Source: Euprymna scolopes
Taxonomy: Eukaryota
Reading direction: 5' to 3' (one strand)
Assembly (NCBI GenBank): GCA_053919585.1
Contig: CM132785.1
DNA length: 64,000 bases
Shown: in pieces, positions 46,901 through 60,588 of the stretch
Position numbering within the stretch: the stretch's first letter is position 1
Layout of the letters: each line of letters begins with the position of its first letter
Translations under genes and position numbers: made by a program
Notes under the pieces: generated by a model
The model's input: the letters and a program-made list of their open reading frames with translations, nothing else
Database searches by the model: none
What the model was told of the DNA's origin: nothing

Positions 46901-47798
46901 ACTAAGAATACAATTAAGAATTATTTTAGATTTCTATGGCTAACGAAACGATAACAAACTACCACCGTGGGGTTCCTTTCGAAATTCTCTATATATTTCA
47001 GAGTTTGACAAGATTCACCTGAAGTAGGTCAAGAGTTCCATCAATCAATACATTCATTCAAAATGAAAACAGTAGCTCGAATAATCACAATAATACAAAT
47101 TATCAATCCTTATCTCAAAAATTCTAGGACATATTCTATTGATATCATGGAACCAATTCCCTCAGTTAAAATTGTAGAGAAATATAAAAAAAAATAATGA
47201 TGTATGAGAAATACGAACCTCCAGTGCCACCACGAATAATATCTGTTACACTTCTGGCTTTCTGAATATCCACAGCCAGTTCTGGCATTCCAACTGACAC
47301 ACATTCTCTGATTACTTTATTCAATGTGTTTATATCCTTACTTTTCATTGCTTCAACAAGTTTTGCTTGAAGAGCTGCCACAGTTTCACTTCCTAATAAT
47401 TGAAGGGAACCAATTTAATTTTCTCACATTAAATTAAATTATTACTTTCAAAGGAAAGGACAAATCGCAAAAAAATCTAAACGCTATCACTTCACCATAC
47501 TTGCAGGGNNNNNNNNNNNNNNNNNNNNNNNNNNNNNNNNNNNNNNNNNNNNNNNNNNNNNNNNNNNNNNNNNNNNNNNNNNNNNNNNNNNNNNNNNNNN
47601 NNNNNNNNNNNNNNNNNNNNNNNNNNNNNNNNNNNNNNNNNNNNNTATGGGCACTGACCACATCGGCTGGAGGTTAAAACTCCCAACGATCAACTAGATG
47701 GTTGTAGGTTCAATCTCTGGTTAGGGATTGGGTTTGTCTAGCCGCAGTGATGACCTGTGATACAGCGAAACAGTCTGTATGTGGATGACTATTTATAA

Positions 47799-47858
<60 letters not shown>

Positions 47859-48431
47859 CTATAAAGGTGAGTTTTTTTTTTCTCATGCTGACATTGATAT
47901 TAAAAGCCTACTTTTTATACTGCTATTTATTTCTTTCCCCACGAGAGCAAAATGTAATACAAAGTCATTTTTACAGTGGGGGAAAACTCGTTCCCCAAAA
48001 AGAGGAACTCTGGAAATAGGCAAAAATAAAAATTGCCTTAGTATAGTAAGGTTTCCCCTACATTGACTAAGGACAAATTAACTGAAGTGTAGCATAACAG
48101 ATACTACATAGTGATCTTCTTGAAAAATTTTTATATAAAATAAAACAATTCAAACAACAAACTTATGCACAAGGCCTAAGGCGAAACGAACTGCTTAATA
48201 TACTCAGTCGTATATGTCAGATATGAAAAAGACTACATGAAGGTTAATTAATTTGCATATTCCTTTAAAAATCGAGCGTTATTTAATTACTTATTCATTT
48301 TTCATGGTTTCTTATAAGATGATTGGTTTTGTTTAACTATTACACTGAATTCTATTTATCCATAGTTTCTATATTCTGCATAATACTTGATATTTAAGAT
48401 GAAAACCTTCTAACACACGGAAATATACATA

Positions 48432-48485
<54 letters not shown>

Positions 48486-51400
48486 TAAAATATAATGTTG
48501 GTGTGTATTTTACGACTGGGTCACCTNNNNNNNNNNNNNNNNNNNNNNNNNNNNNNNNNNNNNNNNNNNNNNNNNNNNNNNNNNNNNNNNNNNNNNNNNN
48601 NNNNNNNNNNNNNNNNNNNNNNNNNNNNNNNNNNNNNNNNNNNNNNNNNNNNNNNNNNNNNNNNNNNNNNNNNTATAAGTAGATATAATATTTTATGAAT
48701 CGCGTTTCATTATTTACTTCAACAATTCTCAGTACATGAGTGGAGCTAGGCAGTAAGTTATGNNNNNNNNNNNNNNNNNNNNNNNNNNNNNNNNNNNNNN
48801 NNNNNNNNNNNNNNNNNNNNNNNNNNNNNNNNNNNNNNNNNNNNNNNNNNNNNNNNNNNNNNNNNNNNNNNNNNNNNNNNNNNNNNNNNNNNNNNNNNNN
48901 NNNNNNNNNNNNNNNNNNNNNNNNNNTTGCAGATGTACTTGGATATATAAATATCATTAGGTCACTCCTGATTAACTTTGGAAATCGAAACGTATTGGCA
49001 ATTGTTTAAAAATAATTATTATCAATAAAACTTTTGCCGAAGCCAATTTACTTAAACAGCCAGAAACTACCAAAGTATTTATGCAATCAGAAGCTGAGAA
49101 AAACTTATGGCAGACGACAAATAAGGACAACGTCAAATATAATTACTTAAATAGGAAATCTATTTTATGCCAAGAAAATAATTTCTGAGCAGTAACTAAC
49201 TCTAATCCTAAACTATATACTAATTGACTGCTCGTCGCTAACAGAGACGCTTGTGTTTTTGTAAATTAATAAAAATAATTTCCAGTAAAAAAATTTGAGA
49301 AGTTGTTAAATAAATCTATTTTCATAAAGAAAAAAGTAAGGCGAGTGCCTTTTGTTTCTTTTAATTTTTTTAATGGTTAACTAGTGGCTTGATTCAGTTT
49401 CCTCTGTCTTTTTATGTAAATTTTTTATGGCAAAATCGGTTCGTAGACTCTGTAGATGCACCTAATTTTTAGAAACGAGAGCAAATATGTTTATAGTGAG
49501 AATAGAGAACCTCAAAGAAAAGTATTGATACGCTATCCCTCAAATATGGAGACATGATTCTAGATAACCAACACTTCAAAATCTAACCTCCACGACCGCC
49601 TCCCAAACTTTCCAATGTGTCCCTGGCTCTTCGAAGATCCGGGCTGAGTTCTGGGAATCGAGCCATTTCAAGTTCCCTGATGAGTTCAGCCAATGCTTTT
49701 CTGTCTCTTTCCCGGGCAGCTTTTCGTAGTTTCGTGCGCAGTACGTCTGGTCGGCATGATGTTACCATTCCAGCTGAGCTGGCTTCTAGAATTTTCAGAA
49801 TGTCCCTGGCATGCTGAATTGTAGCATCGAGCTCTGGCATACCAGCGGCTACACTTTCGTTAATCACTTTTCTCAAAGTCTCCTTATCCCCTTCTCGGAT
49901 TGCATCGCGCAGTTTCTTTTGCAAGTCCACAGAAGAAATAGTCCCTAATAGAAAGAATGAGGAACAAAAGTGTACAAAACAGAGCAGATGAGGAGAAAAT
50001 GTAAACTTTTTAAAATATGGATCGAATTTGCTAATGTAATCAGTAACAATCTTCATTAATTTTGCATAATTGTAAATTTATGCTGAAATAGGATTAAATG
50101 CATTGATTATATTGATGTATCTTACTGTAGATACGTCCAAGCATCTCAATAAAAAGCTCTGTTTGTTGGTCGATCTGTTACAATTCAGCTTAAAATAGCA
50201 TTGTCTCTCTATCTATATAAAGTTAATTATGTGTATATGTATATGTGTGTATAGGATTCACTCTCAAACTCATTAATCAATCATTAATAATTTTAGAACA
50301 GCTGCTAGGCATGAGGATGAGTAACGTGAGCTATATTTACTTTAATTTAGTTTTATGTAAAAGGGACAAATTGGGTAGAAGATATTCTTGAAAGTTCAAA
50401 TGAATTCTGTTTTGTGAAATTTTGATAATAGGTAAACCATATTAATAAATATTACCAAAAGTGTATTTTCAGAGGTTTTATGATCCTTGTTATTTGAAAA
50501 TTCAAAGATTTCAGAATTACATTAAATTTGATCTGTTGTCATTAAACAGCAATTAAGCAAAGTTCCATGTTTTCATTTTCTTCTTAAGAGGCTTTAGGCT
50601 TAAATCTTAAATTTTAAACATTTTTCTAGAATCAAAATCATGTAATGGATTTTGATTAGTATTGGAGTAAAGTTTCTATACATAAGGTTTAGTCTTATTG
50701 TATCTTGTTTTTAATCTTTGTAAAGAGACATCAAAGTAGTGTAAGACTGGTTGTTCAGGAGAATTAATTTTACTCCTCTCAAGACAGGTTCTTCTTCTAG
50801 TAGAAATATGATAAAAAGTGTACAGCATATCCCTTTTTGTGAGTTTACCAATTCTGAGAAACACAACGCAAAATTAGTAAATTTATGCCCTCCTACCTCC
50901 CCGCTCCCCCCCAAAAATGAATAAGATTATGCATTTTTTATGCAAACATCCTCAAAAACTTGATAATAAATATTTTAAAAAACTCTACTTTCAAATTATT
51001 ACATGCCCCCCTCCCTAACCTAGATGGCAATAATACAAAAACACAAAAAACTCCTACAATGCACACATACACTCTATCACACACTCAACACCGATTTCTA
51101 AGTTAATAAGAAAATGACTAAAATTAAAATAAAAACCGAAAATTGTTACGTGTCCTTAAATACACTATCTGGTAGAAAAGTGAGCGGCCATTTTACTTTA
51201 AATTTGTGTGTGAAATGGATCTTCACTCTACATGCTGAAGTAATTGTTTGGTTTTATTATTGCAGGGTTTTTTTTTTTGGGGGGGGGGTTTACTGCCAAT
51301 TTTCTATACGTTGTTTACATTTAAAAAATATTTTTTTTTAAATCAAATTTATTTATTTGTTTATTTTTGTTCAGAATAATTTAGTATAATGCAAGGATAC

Positions 51401-52901
51401 AATAAATATTATTAATTACATTGTATAAAGTAAAGATGAACGCATTGAATAATTTTTTATCGTATGAATACATAATGAATCACAGATTCGACGTTTAAAT
51501 GAGCGCGTGAATAAATAAATAAATAAATAAATATTAAATTTCTTACGAGGAAAAATTAAAAGTTTTTTTTCTATTTTTTATGTTGTGTTATTTTTTTTAA
51601 AAAAAAACTATAAATTATTCAAGGGAGATAATCAGAAGTAAAATTTTGTAAATTATTTCCCTTGCATGATTGCAGTTATTGCTAAATTATCTCCCTTTGA
51701 CTGTAAAAATTAGTATTTGATAGCCATTGTATGCATGTTGTGTATTTTTTGTTTATTATTTTAACTCACAAGGAGAAAAGTAAGCGAATGGTGATTCAAA
51801 CTTCGATGGTCTTGACGAGAGGTTCGTAGTTTAAATATTACAACTTTTACATCGCAAAAGAAATAATGATAAATTAATATATTTATTCAATCTTAAATGT
51901 TTTTTGTTGCTGTTGTTTGTTTGTTATTATCATAAATTCCACGAAAAAAGTTATCATTCAGTTTTGATCGCCAAATTGTCTTTTTAAATGTTCTTTATCG
52001 AATTGTTAAGAAAATGGTGGATTCGTCGTTTAGGAAAAATATTTTAAATAACGATATTTGTAATTGTTATTTTTCTTCCTTTTTTTTTTTTTTTTTTCTT
52101 TCGTTTTATTTTTCGGAGAGTTTTTTTATCTAGCGAAAAGGGTATTTTAGTGTTTATGTATGTGAACACTTGGGACCCTTTTTAAAGTTCGAGTTTTGGA
52201 TGAATATTTTTAGGGATCGTCTGTTCTATCGAAATATTATTAAGGAATGTAATAGTCGACAAATATGACTAATGCAAACAAAACAACGAATTCAAAAGCA
52301 TAAATTCACAAAAGATATATATGTTTTAAAATGGAAGTTTACTTCGATAGAAAAAAAACAAAAAAAATGTTTGTTCATGCTTTACCGAACAAGTGTGAAT
52401 TCATTAATTACGATATCGAATAGTTTGAGGGCCGTGAATTATTCACGCGTCTGAAAAATCGTAATTAAAACTTTCCCACTGAATTGCAAAAATTATATTT
52501 GATTAAAAGTTATTAATAAGATATATTTTTATTTGTTTCATTGTAGAAAATTCAACGAGAAATGTTTGTGATACTTAAATAAATAACTTTATACATTTGC
52601 TTTCCATGAGCAGACGACAATAATGCGTTCGTGTGTGTGTGTGTGTTAATGTTAAAGTGCTTGTGCTTTTTTTTTTCAATTTTTTTTTTTTTTAGTTTTT
52701 TCATCATTTTTCCCCTGTCAGATGCCAAATATTCACCTGCTATCTTATAATTCCAACCGAGAGATCTTTTCGAGATTCTAACTGTCCCTTTAAGTGCAAT
52801 TGCTTGTATCACTCTTTCACTTGGTTCACTGGGTACATTTGCCAGGTAGTTTTTAAAATTATATTTTCATAAGTCCAGTTGCTCATATAATTACTGGAAT
52901 G

Positions 52902-52969
<68 letters not shown>

Positions 52970-55900
52970 CCACCAACACCCGGTAAAGGGGCGATAGAAG
53001 CTAGGGTAACAGTTATTTTATTGAAGGAGAAATCCAGATACATGTCTAGAATACAGATCATGCTGAAATAATAACCATATTAGAAAGCCATTCTTAACAT
53101 GAGAAGGAATGGCGTTTTGTACTTTCACCTAACAATTTGCTAAAGAAAAGATATCTTAAAAGTTGAATTTAACTTGAAAATCGTATCTACAAGAATAGCA
53201 CGGTCTGTATTCCGCATAAGTAGCAAAATCTGAGTTTTTGTGTACTTGGAGTGGAACCAAATAACAGATTTGATAAATCTGGAGAAACGATTGACTTAAA
53301 AATGTTTTATTTGTTTTTATTAATTAAGCATTTTCATTTTGGGCACTTAAGGGTAAAATTCGTTGCTACAAATATACTACACAAATAGAGAAGTAATCAA
53401 GCATCTTAGCAAAAATAACTTCTTAGTGACACGCAATATGGTTTCCGTTCTGCTAGATCTACAGCAGATGTGCTTACAGTTATATCTCATAGGATTAGCG
53501 AATCTCTCGACGGAGGCTACCTTTCTAGGGCAATTGCTCTTGACATATCAAAGGCCTTTAATAGAATATGGCATAAAGGTTTACTTCACAAGATCTCCAG
53601 CTACGGTATAGCTGGAAATGTCTTCTCAATTATTAAATCATTTCTCTCGAATAGGTTCATAAGAGTAGTGGTTGATGGGCAGAAATCAGAAGCTCTTAGT
53701 ATTAATGCTGGAGTCCCTTAGGGGTCCCTCCTGGGCCCAACTCTCTTCCTGATCTATATTAATGATCTTGCAAATCACATCCTTACATCATTCGTAGACA
53801 TCTATGCTGATGACACTACAATCTATGGTAGCACATCTAAGACCATAAACGACCAAGTTTTCTCTGATTCTCTCTTCTCTGATCTTGAGCAAGTGGTACA
53901 ATGGGGAAAGAAGTGGCTTGTTACTTTTAATACATCTAAAACCAAGCTGTTATCTTTACATCATCAACGCTCTGATCCCCATCTGGCATCAATTGAAATG
54001 GCTCTCGTCTTGGGGAGGCCTCATGTTTTGACAAGCTTCTGGGCTTGACTTTTACTCCTGATTTTAAATGGAACGCATGCATTAAATCCGTTGCCAAGGC
54101 CGCTGGAAAAATGGTGGGATCCTTCTATCGATCCAACAGATATCTCATTGCTGATGCAATTCTCTCTCTATATAAGAGGCAGGTATGTCCAAGGATGGAG
54201 TACTGTTGCAACATCTGGGCAGGATCTGCTAGAAAGGACTTATACTACCTTGATAGAGTTCAAAATAGACTTTGTAGCCTTGTGGGGGATGTCCTTTTAT
54301 CTTCCCTGCAACCTCTTTCTCACAGAAGAGATGTTGCGAGTTTGTCTGTGCTTTATCATTATTTTCATGGCAGGTGCTCGGCTGAGCTCCATTCTATGGT
54401 CCCCCCTCACCAAACTTTCACAAGAAACACCCGTCTAGCAGAAAACACTATCACTAGTTTCCCCCACTCTTTATCTGTGCCTAAACCTAAGCATAGATTC
54501 CATGAGCAAAGCTTCTTTCTTAGAAGTGCACGCCTATGGAATTGTCTTCCGTTTTTCTGCTTTCCAGCTGACTACAATATGGTTGTCTAAGTCTAACGTA
54601 AACAAGTTTTTGATGAGCCGTTCCATATAAGTTACCAAATTTACCGAATCTCCATTACAAACGGTTACTATATTGTCCAATTTCTACTGTACACTCTTTA
54701 ACCCTTATCCTCGAGTGGCCTCTTGGCCTTGATAAGTGGTGATGCCTATGTAAAAAATAAATATGGCAATTATAAATAAAATAACAGGTAAACTGTAGAA
54801 AATATTTATTTATTTATTATTGAAAAATATTAGAGTACACCAAGATTTATGGAAAATATGCAAGTAAAATTTGAATAAAAAATAAAATTACGTATAAGCT
54901 TAGCTATTTTTTCATTGGTATAATACAAAGGGGAGATTATCAGTGAGCCAGTGATGAAAATCTTTGATAATGTCCAAAAATGATTTTGAATAGTAGCTGA
55001 ATTTCTTAAATAAAAATACTCGATTATTTTCTTTAAATTTTTGGTGTACGCTAATATCTTTTCATACTAAATATTTCCTGAAGTTTTCCTATTGTTTTAT
55101 TTATACCTGCCACATTTCATTAGTATACTTACATAAAGCAGCATTATTTTCTTTTCCTGAATCCTACTTATTTTGAAGATCTGGGAAGAACTAGTTGAAT
55201 TTTAAGTCAGTGATGGTAATTGTAACTATTTTTATTAAATAATTAGTGAGTCTATAATCCCCCCTCCACACACACACCTCAAAAATAAATGAAAATACCA
55301 AAAATAAAGAACGATGTAAGTACCTGCTTTTTTATTTTTAAGAAAGTTAAAATCAAATTTTATGACTAAACGACGATCAAGAATTTGTTATTGTCAGCTA
55401 AATAGTCTTTAACTAAATAAAACGAATATGTCTGCCTTATTTAAAAGTTTAGCAATTTAATTCATTTGAAAACTATATATATATATATATATTACACAGG
55501 CATCACCACATTATCAAGGCCAAGAGGCCACTCAAGGATAAGGGTTAAAGAGTGTACAGTAGAAATTGGAAAATATAGTAATCATTAGTAATGAAAATTC
55601 GGTAAATTTGTTAACTTATATGGAACGGCTCATCAAGAACTTATTTGCGTTAGACTTGAAGACAACCATATTGTACTCAGCCGGAAAGCAGGAAAACGGT
55701 TGACAATTCCACAGGCGTGAAGTTCTAAGAAAGAAGCTTTGTTCATGGAATCTACACTTAGGTTTAGGCACAGATAAAGAGTGGGGGGAATTATTGATAG
55801 TGTTTTCAGCCAGTCTCTTTACTGTAAAAAATAATTGTCAGTTAAATATTCTTTCAATCAATCAATTGAATGCCACTTTTATTTATTTAAAATCATACTG

Positions 55901-58900
55901 CTTTAATCAACGGGATGACATAATCTAATTAGGGAACAATTCATTTTAGCATGAATAAAGTCAAAATTTTTACATCATTACACTAGATTAATCATCGATC
56001 ACTATCTTGTTTGATCGGCCAATCTTATTTGTTTAATGTACCTATTTACTATGCCTCCCCACGGGACAGAGTTAGACACCAGGGTCGTTTTTTAACGTGG
56101 AGAAAAGGTACAAAAATAAAAATTGTCTCAGTCGTGAAGGATTTCTCCTTCACCGAAAGAGAACAAGAAATAGAAGTGCAGCATCTGAAGAACAGATACT
56201 ACACTTATTTGTTTAATGTATGTGAACGGTGATAACGTCATACAAAAGTGGCATGTCTTAGCTTATTATCATATAGATAATGATAAAAGAAATGGAATCC
56301 TAACACAATGGGGTATTGTTATGCCTGGATTAACTGGCATATTTAATATTGATTCTTATTTTAATTCTGTACAAACTGTACTGATGGATGCAAAAGCAAG
56401 AAATTCATGAAAAATGAATGAAATGAAATGCATAAAATAAAACAGGCTTTTTATGAATAGGAAAAATAAAAGAGAGACGAACCTCCTCGTCCACCTCCAA
56501 GAATTTCCAATGTATCTCTGGCTTTGCGAAGCTCATAACCCAATTCTGGATATGCGGCACTTTCACATTCTTCAATAGCTTTTTGCAATTTGCTCATATC
56601 TTTGTCCTTCACAGCTTCGATGAGATTCTCACGCAAATTGGTGGCAGATTTAAGGTCTGCCAATAAGAAAACAAACTTCCTTTCAAATATTCAGTTTATC
56701 TGAATGCTACATTAACCATTTACTACATAACATTAGCAGCTGCACATTTGTAAATCGGTTTTTGTGTTTCCTTTATAACAGTCATATGGTATCTTTTCGT
56801 TTGCCTCCAGACACAAAGTCGATTTTTAATGGAGTAAATCGCTCTAGACAAGGCATGAAGCCACTTTATATAAGGAGCTAACAAAAACGAAATATGATTA
56901 TTGCAAATACAGGAGATGCCTATTGATCTATTGGTCTTATAAGATCAAAGCCATAGGTAGGAGGAAAATAGGCAACCGAAAGAGAATTCTACAAGCCTGC
57001 AGTTCTCGGAAAGAGGCTACTGGAATAGAAGCTGTATTACAATGAGGTATCAAAACAGTAAGTTTATGGAGACCACTAGATCAACAAGTCAAACGAGTTG
57101 GAACAAAGGAAGCCGAGAATAAATCAAGCAATTCTGAAGAATATATACTATAATAATATTTATAGATAACACTGAGACTAGCAACATCACGTCTATGATG
57201 GCCCTTTTCTGTTTCAGAATATTCTAAAGATTGATTTGATTGACATGTGATAACTCCACAAATAAAAATCTATGATATATGAAAACACTTTGAAGATTTT
57301 CTCATTTGTAATAAGTGTGACACTGAATGAACTTCAGATTAATTGAAACTTAAGTCCTCACGGTTTTATCTGTAGTTTTATCTCAAATTTATCACAAACA
57401 TTGAGAGCATTTGTCTGCCTAAGAAAACAATGGAGTCCTGTGCCCACATTAGTTCATAGGCGAATTGTAGCATCTACTGTGACTGTGCAAGCATATCATG
57501 GATTGATGCAAATGCCACAGATGTAAGAGTTCTGTGACAACCTTCTTTCGTCTATGTTCTCCCCTCTTCCTTCACTGTCAGTCTATCCTCTCCTCACTCC
57601 TCTAGTGCATGCCTTTACAACTCTATCTTCAGCCACTTACTTCCAGTGTTGGGTTCAATCCATAGGCCCTCATGTCTTATTTGGAGACATCCTTGTAACT
57701 TAGGACAGGTCTTTCTAGTACCATCACAGCTAAAATCAAAGCAGTGCCAAGAGGGGATTGTGGCAGAATTATTGATAAGATTGCACATGGTAGTTAAGTG
57801 TGCTTATCATTGAACAGATATAAAAGGCTGTAGAATATTTATGACTAAAATGTGGTAAAAAAGACAAGTTTATTTATACCCAATATGTTTAAATTGAAGG
57901 AAGATTGCAATTTTATTAACGATTTTATGGATGACATTTGATGAGGGTGGACTCACACTGTACGATGAAAAACAGACATGAAACTATTAAATCTATAACG
58001 CACCTCCACTGCCTCCTCGTAGAATGTCGGCTACATTTCTAGCTTCTTGAATATCAGCATCGAGTTCTGGCATTCCAACAGACACACACTCATAAATTAA
58101 TGTGTCTAACATTGTCCTGTCTTTTGCTTTCATTGCTTCATGAAGTTGTGCACGAAGACTCTCAGGTGATTTCAAACCTTTGTGTTAATAAATAGAATTA
58201 TTATATATTAATAATCAATATTAGATAATGAAAATCTCGATTGCTTACTACAAATCAATAAAGTAAAGTCAGTTTTTTACCTAGATATGTAAATGCTAAG
58301 TAGACTTTCTCATGCAAGATTAATATTTAATTCTGTTTTATCATAAATAACTGGAAGATATCGGGCCATGATCTTTAAAAATAAATACAGTCAGATGCCA
58401 GTAAATTGTTGCTCGAAAGGGTACGGCTATACTTGTATTCAAATATATGATTTTAGAAATACTTCAATAAGTCAGAATGAAAATAAAAATTTCTAACTGA
58501 AATACAAATTCAGTCTACGATTTGGATTTTCCGATGCTTAAGCCATGTTTCAATCTTGTTAGTAATATTCCACATCAAATTCGACCCACTAGCGATAGCA
58601 CACACACAACACATACGCGCGTGTGTGTTATAGAAGTATATGTTTGTTTGTTATAGATGTTGATACGTTAATAAAAAATTTAAATAAATTTGAATAGAGA
58701 TTAATTTTTCAAGGAATTTCATGACCTCATTCAAATTTCTCTTACGATTTCATCTGGAATTACTCAATTACTGATTCCTATTCTGGCTTACCAGACATGC
58801 CATTGAAAATAGAGTTCTATATTAAGATCAAGCACAGCTTTTCTTAAGTAAAATTTTACTCAGAATACAACGGTCGTAATTATTTTGTATTAGTTATTTT

Positions 58901-60518
58901 TTAATATCGTAGGGTCAGCATTCACACTGAATACCATAAACAGTAAAGGTGGTGTTTTACTTCACTTTAGAAATTATAATAATAATAAATAAGGTAAAAA
59001 TGCTAATATGGGGTTCAGAAATGAGAGATGAAGAACACAGGATTTTCAGTAATTCTTTAAAGCAATAACTATAATGTAATACCTCTGAAAAAAAACCTCA
59101 TAAAACGATTTAACTTTCACTAATTTACAAAACTGGAATAGGATTTAGATTATTTATCCCTCCCCTCATCCTCAGAAATAAAGTTCATAAATTATATTAA
59201 ATGTACGAATAGTATAAGGCAGTTCTTTTGGATGCAGACTAGTAAAATATAATCTGCTATTGTTATCACCATTTATTAATTTCAACACATTCTGTTAATA
59301 TTCAAATACAAGTATCCCTTTTGTTATAAATGTGTTAATAAGAACATTTTCTTTTTGCTTCCCAACTTACCTACAACTTTAAGTTCAACCCATCTTTATT
59401 TCTGTGTGTAAATTATCAAAATTCAGGCTCATTAACAAAATAGATGCATGGGAATACAAAGAAAATTATTTAAATGGAAATTATGACCGAAAACACTTGT
59501 CTCTAACCTCCACGACCACCTCCAAGAGTTTCAAGTGTGTCTCTTGCTTTACGAATAAGTGGATCAAGCTCTGGATAGCTGGCCTCTTCAGCACCTTCAA
59601 TAATCCGTTCCAGGGATGTCTTGTCTTTCTCTCTGGTTGCTCTTTCAAGTTCGTCGCGTAAGGCCGACACTGAAGTAACGGGTGTTTCTAGCAAACATAA
59701 CAGAAAGCACATCGTAAAAGACACACATCGTAATTGTCTACAATATTACTAATTCACTGGCCACAAGACATTTTAAGAACATATTAAGTTTTAAGCTATT
59801 TAATATTTGTATTGTAAAATAATCTTGAATTATATAAGATTCAATTAGAAATCAAATGCACGTGCAATTTGATATTGTAAAATTTTAAGCTAAATCTTTA
59901 ATGCAGTGTGCTTTATATAACTAGTTTTATTTTATACTTGATTGATATTAAAATATATTATTGCATTAAAAATAATAATCTCTTCCAATTGCCTGCTTCC
60001 CAGCTGACTACAATCTGATTGTCTTCAAGTCCAACGTAAACAAGTTTTTGATAAACCGTCCCCATAAGTTATCCATTTTACAAAATTCCCACTACTTATG
60101 TTTACTACGCTATAATCACATTGACGAATGTATACCCATTAACCCTTATCCTCGAGTGACCTCCGGGCCTTCATAAATGGTGATTCCTGTGTAAAAAAAA
60201 AAAGTGTGAGATAGATTTATTTTTAGAAATCATTCTTAGAAATCGCTAGTCTTCTGGAAAACTAAAAGTCAATTCCATGAGCAAAGTTTATTTCCTAAAA
60301 CTACTCGTCTATGGAACACAATACCGCAGGACTGCTTCCCAACTAACTTTAGCATAAACGTTTCCAGATCCAATGTAGACAAGTTCTTGTTGAGTCGTGC
60401 TCTTCAATAATCAAATTCTATCTACCATTACCGATCATCAGAGTGTTGTCTCACTGGCCAACTAAGATTCACTAACCCTTCGGGTGTCTTTTGAACCTTG
60501 ATAAACAGTGACTCCCTA

Positions 60519-60588
<70 letters not shown>

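Larger units (their letters stand above)
2573..48926. other. Eight assembly gaps (N runs): 2573-2778, 26614-26768, 35035-35180, 42599-42775, 45271-45401, 47509-47645, 48527-48673, 48763-48926
   Basis: N characters; only 42599-42775 touches an exon. Confidence 0.98.

Noticed and set aside
44615-47780. tRNA genes at ~44620-44705 and ~47650-47730 (B-box-like GGTT(T)CAATC)
   Set aside because: No convincing cloverleaf; at most degenerate tRNA-SINE heads.
2573-48926. Additional exons hidden in the exon-sized N gaps
   Set aside because: The B-A-D-C series is already complete on both sides of every gap. Only the acceptor of the 42426 exon is hidden.
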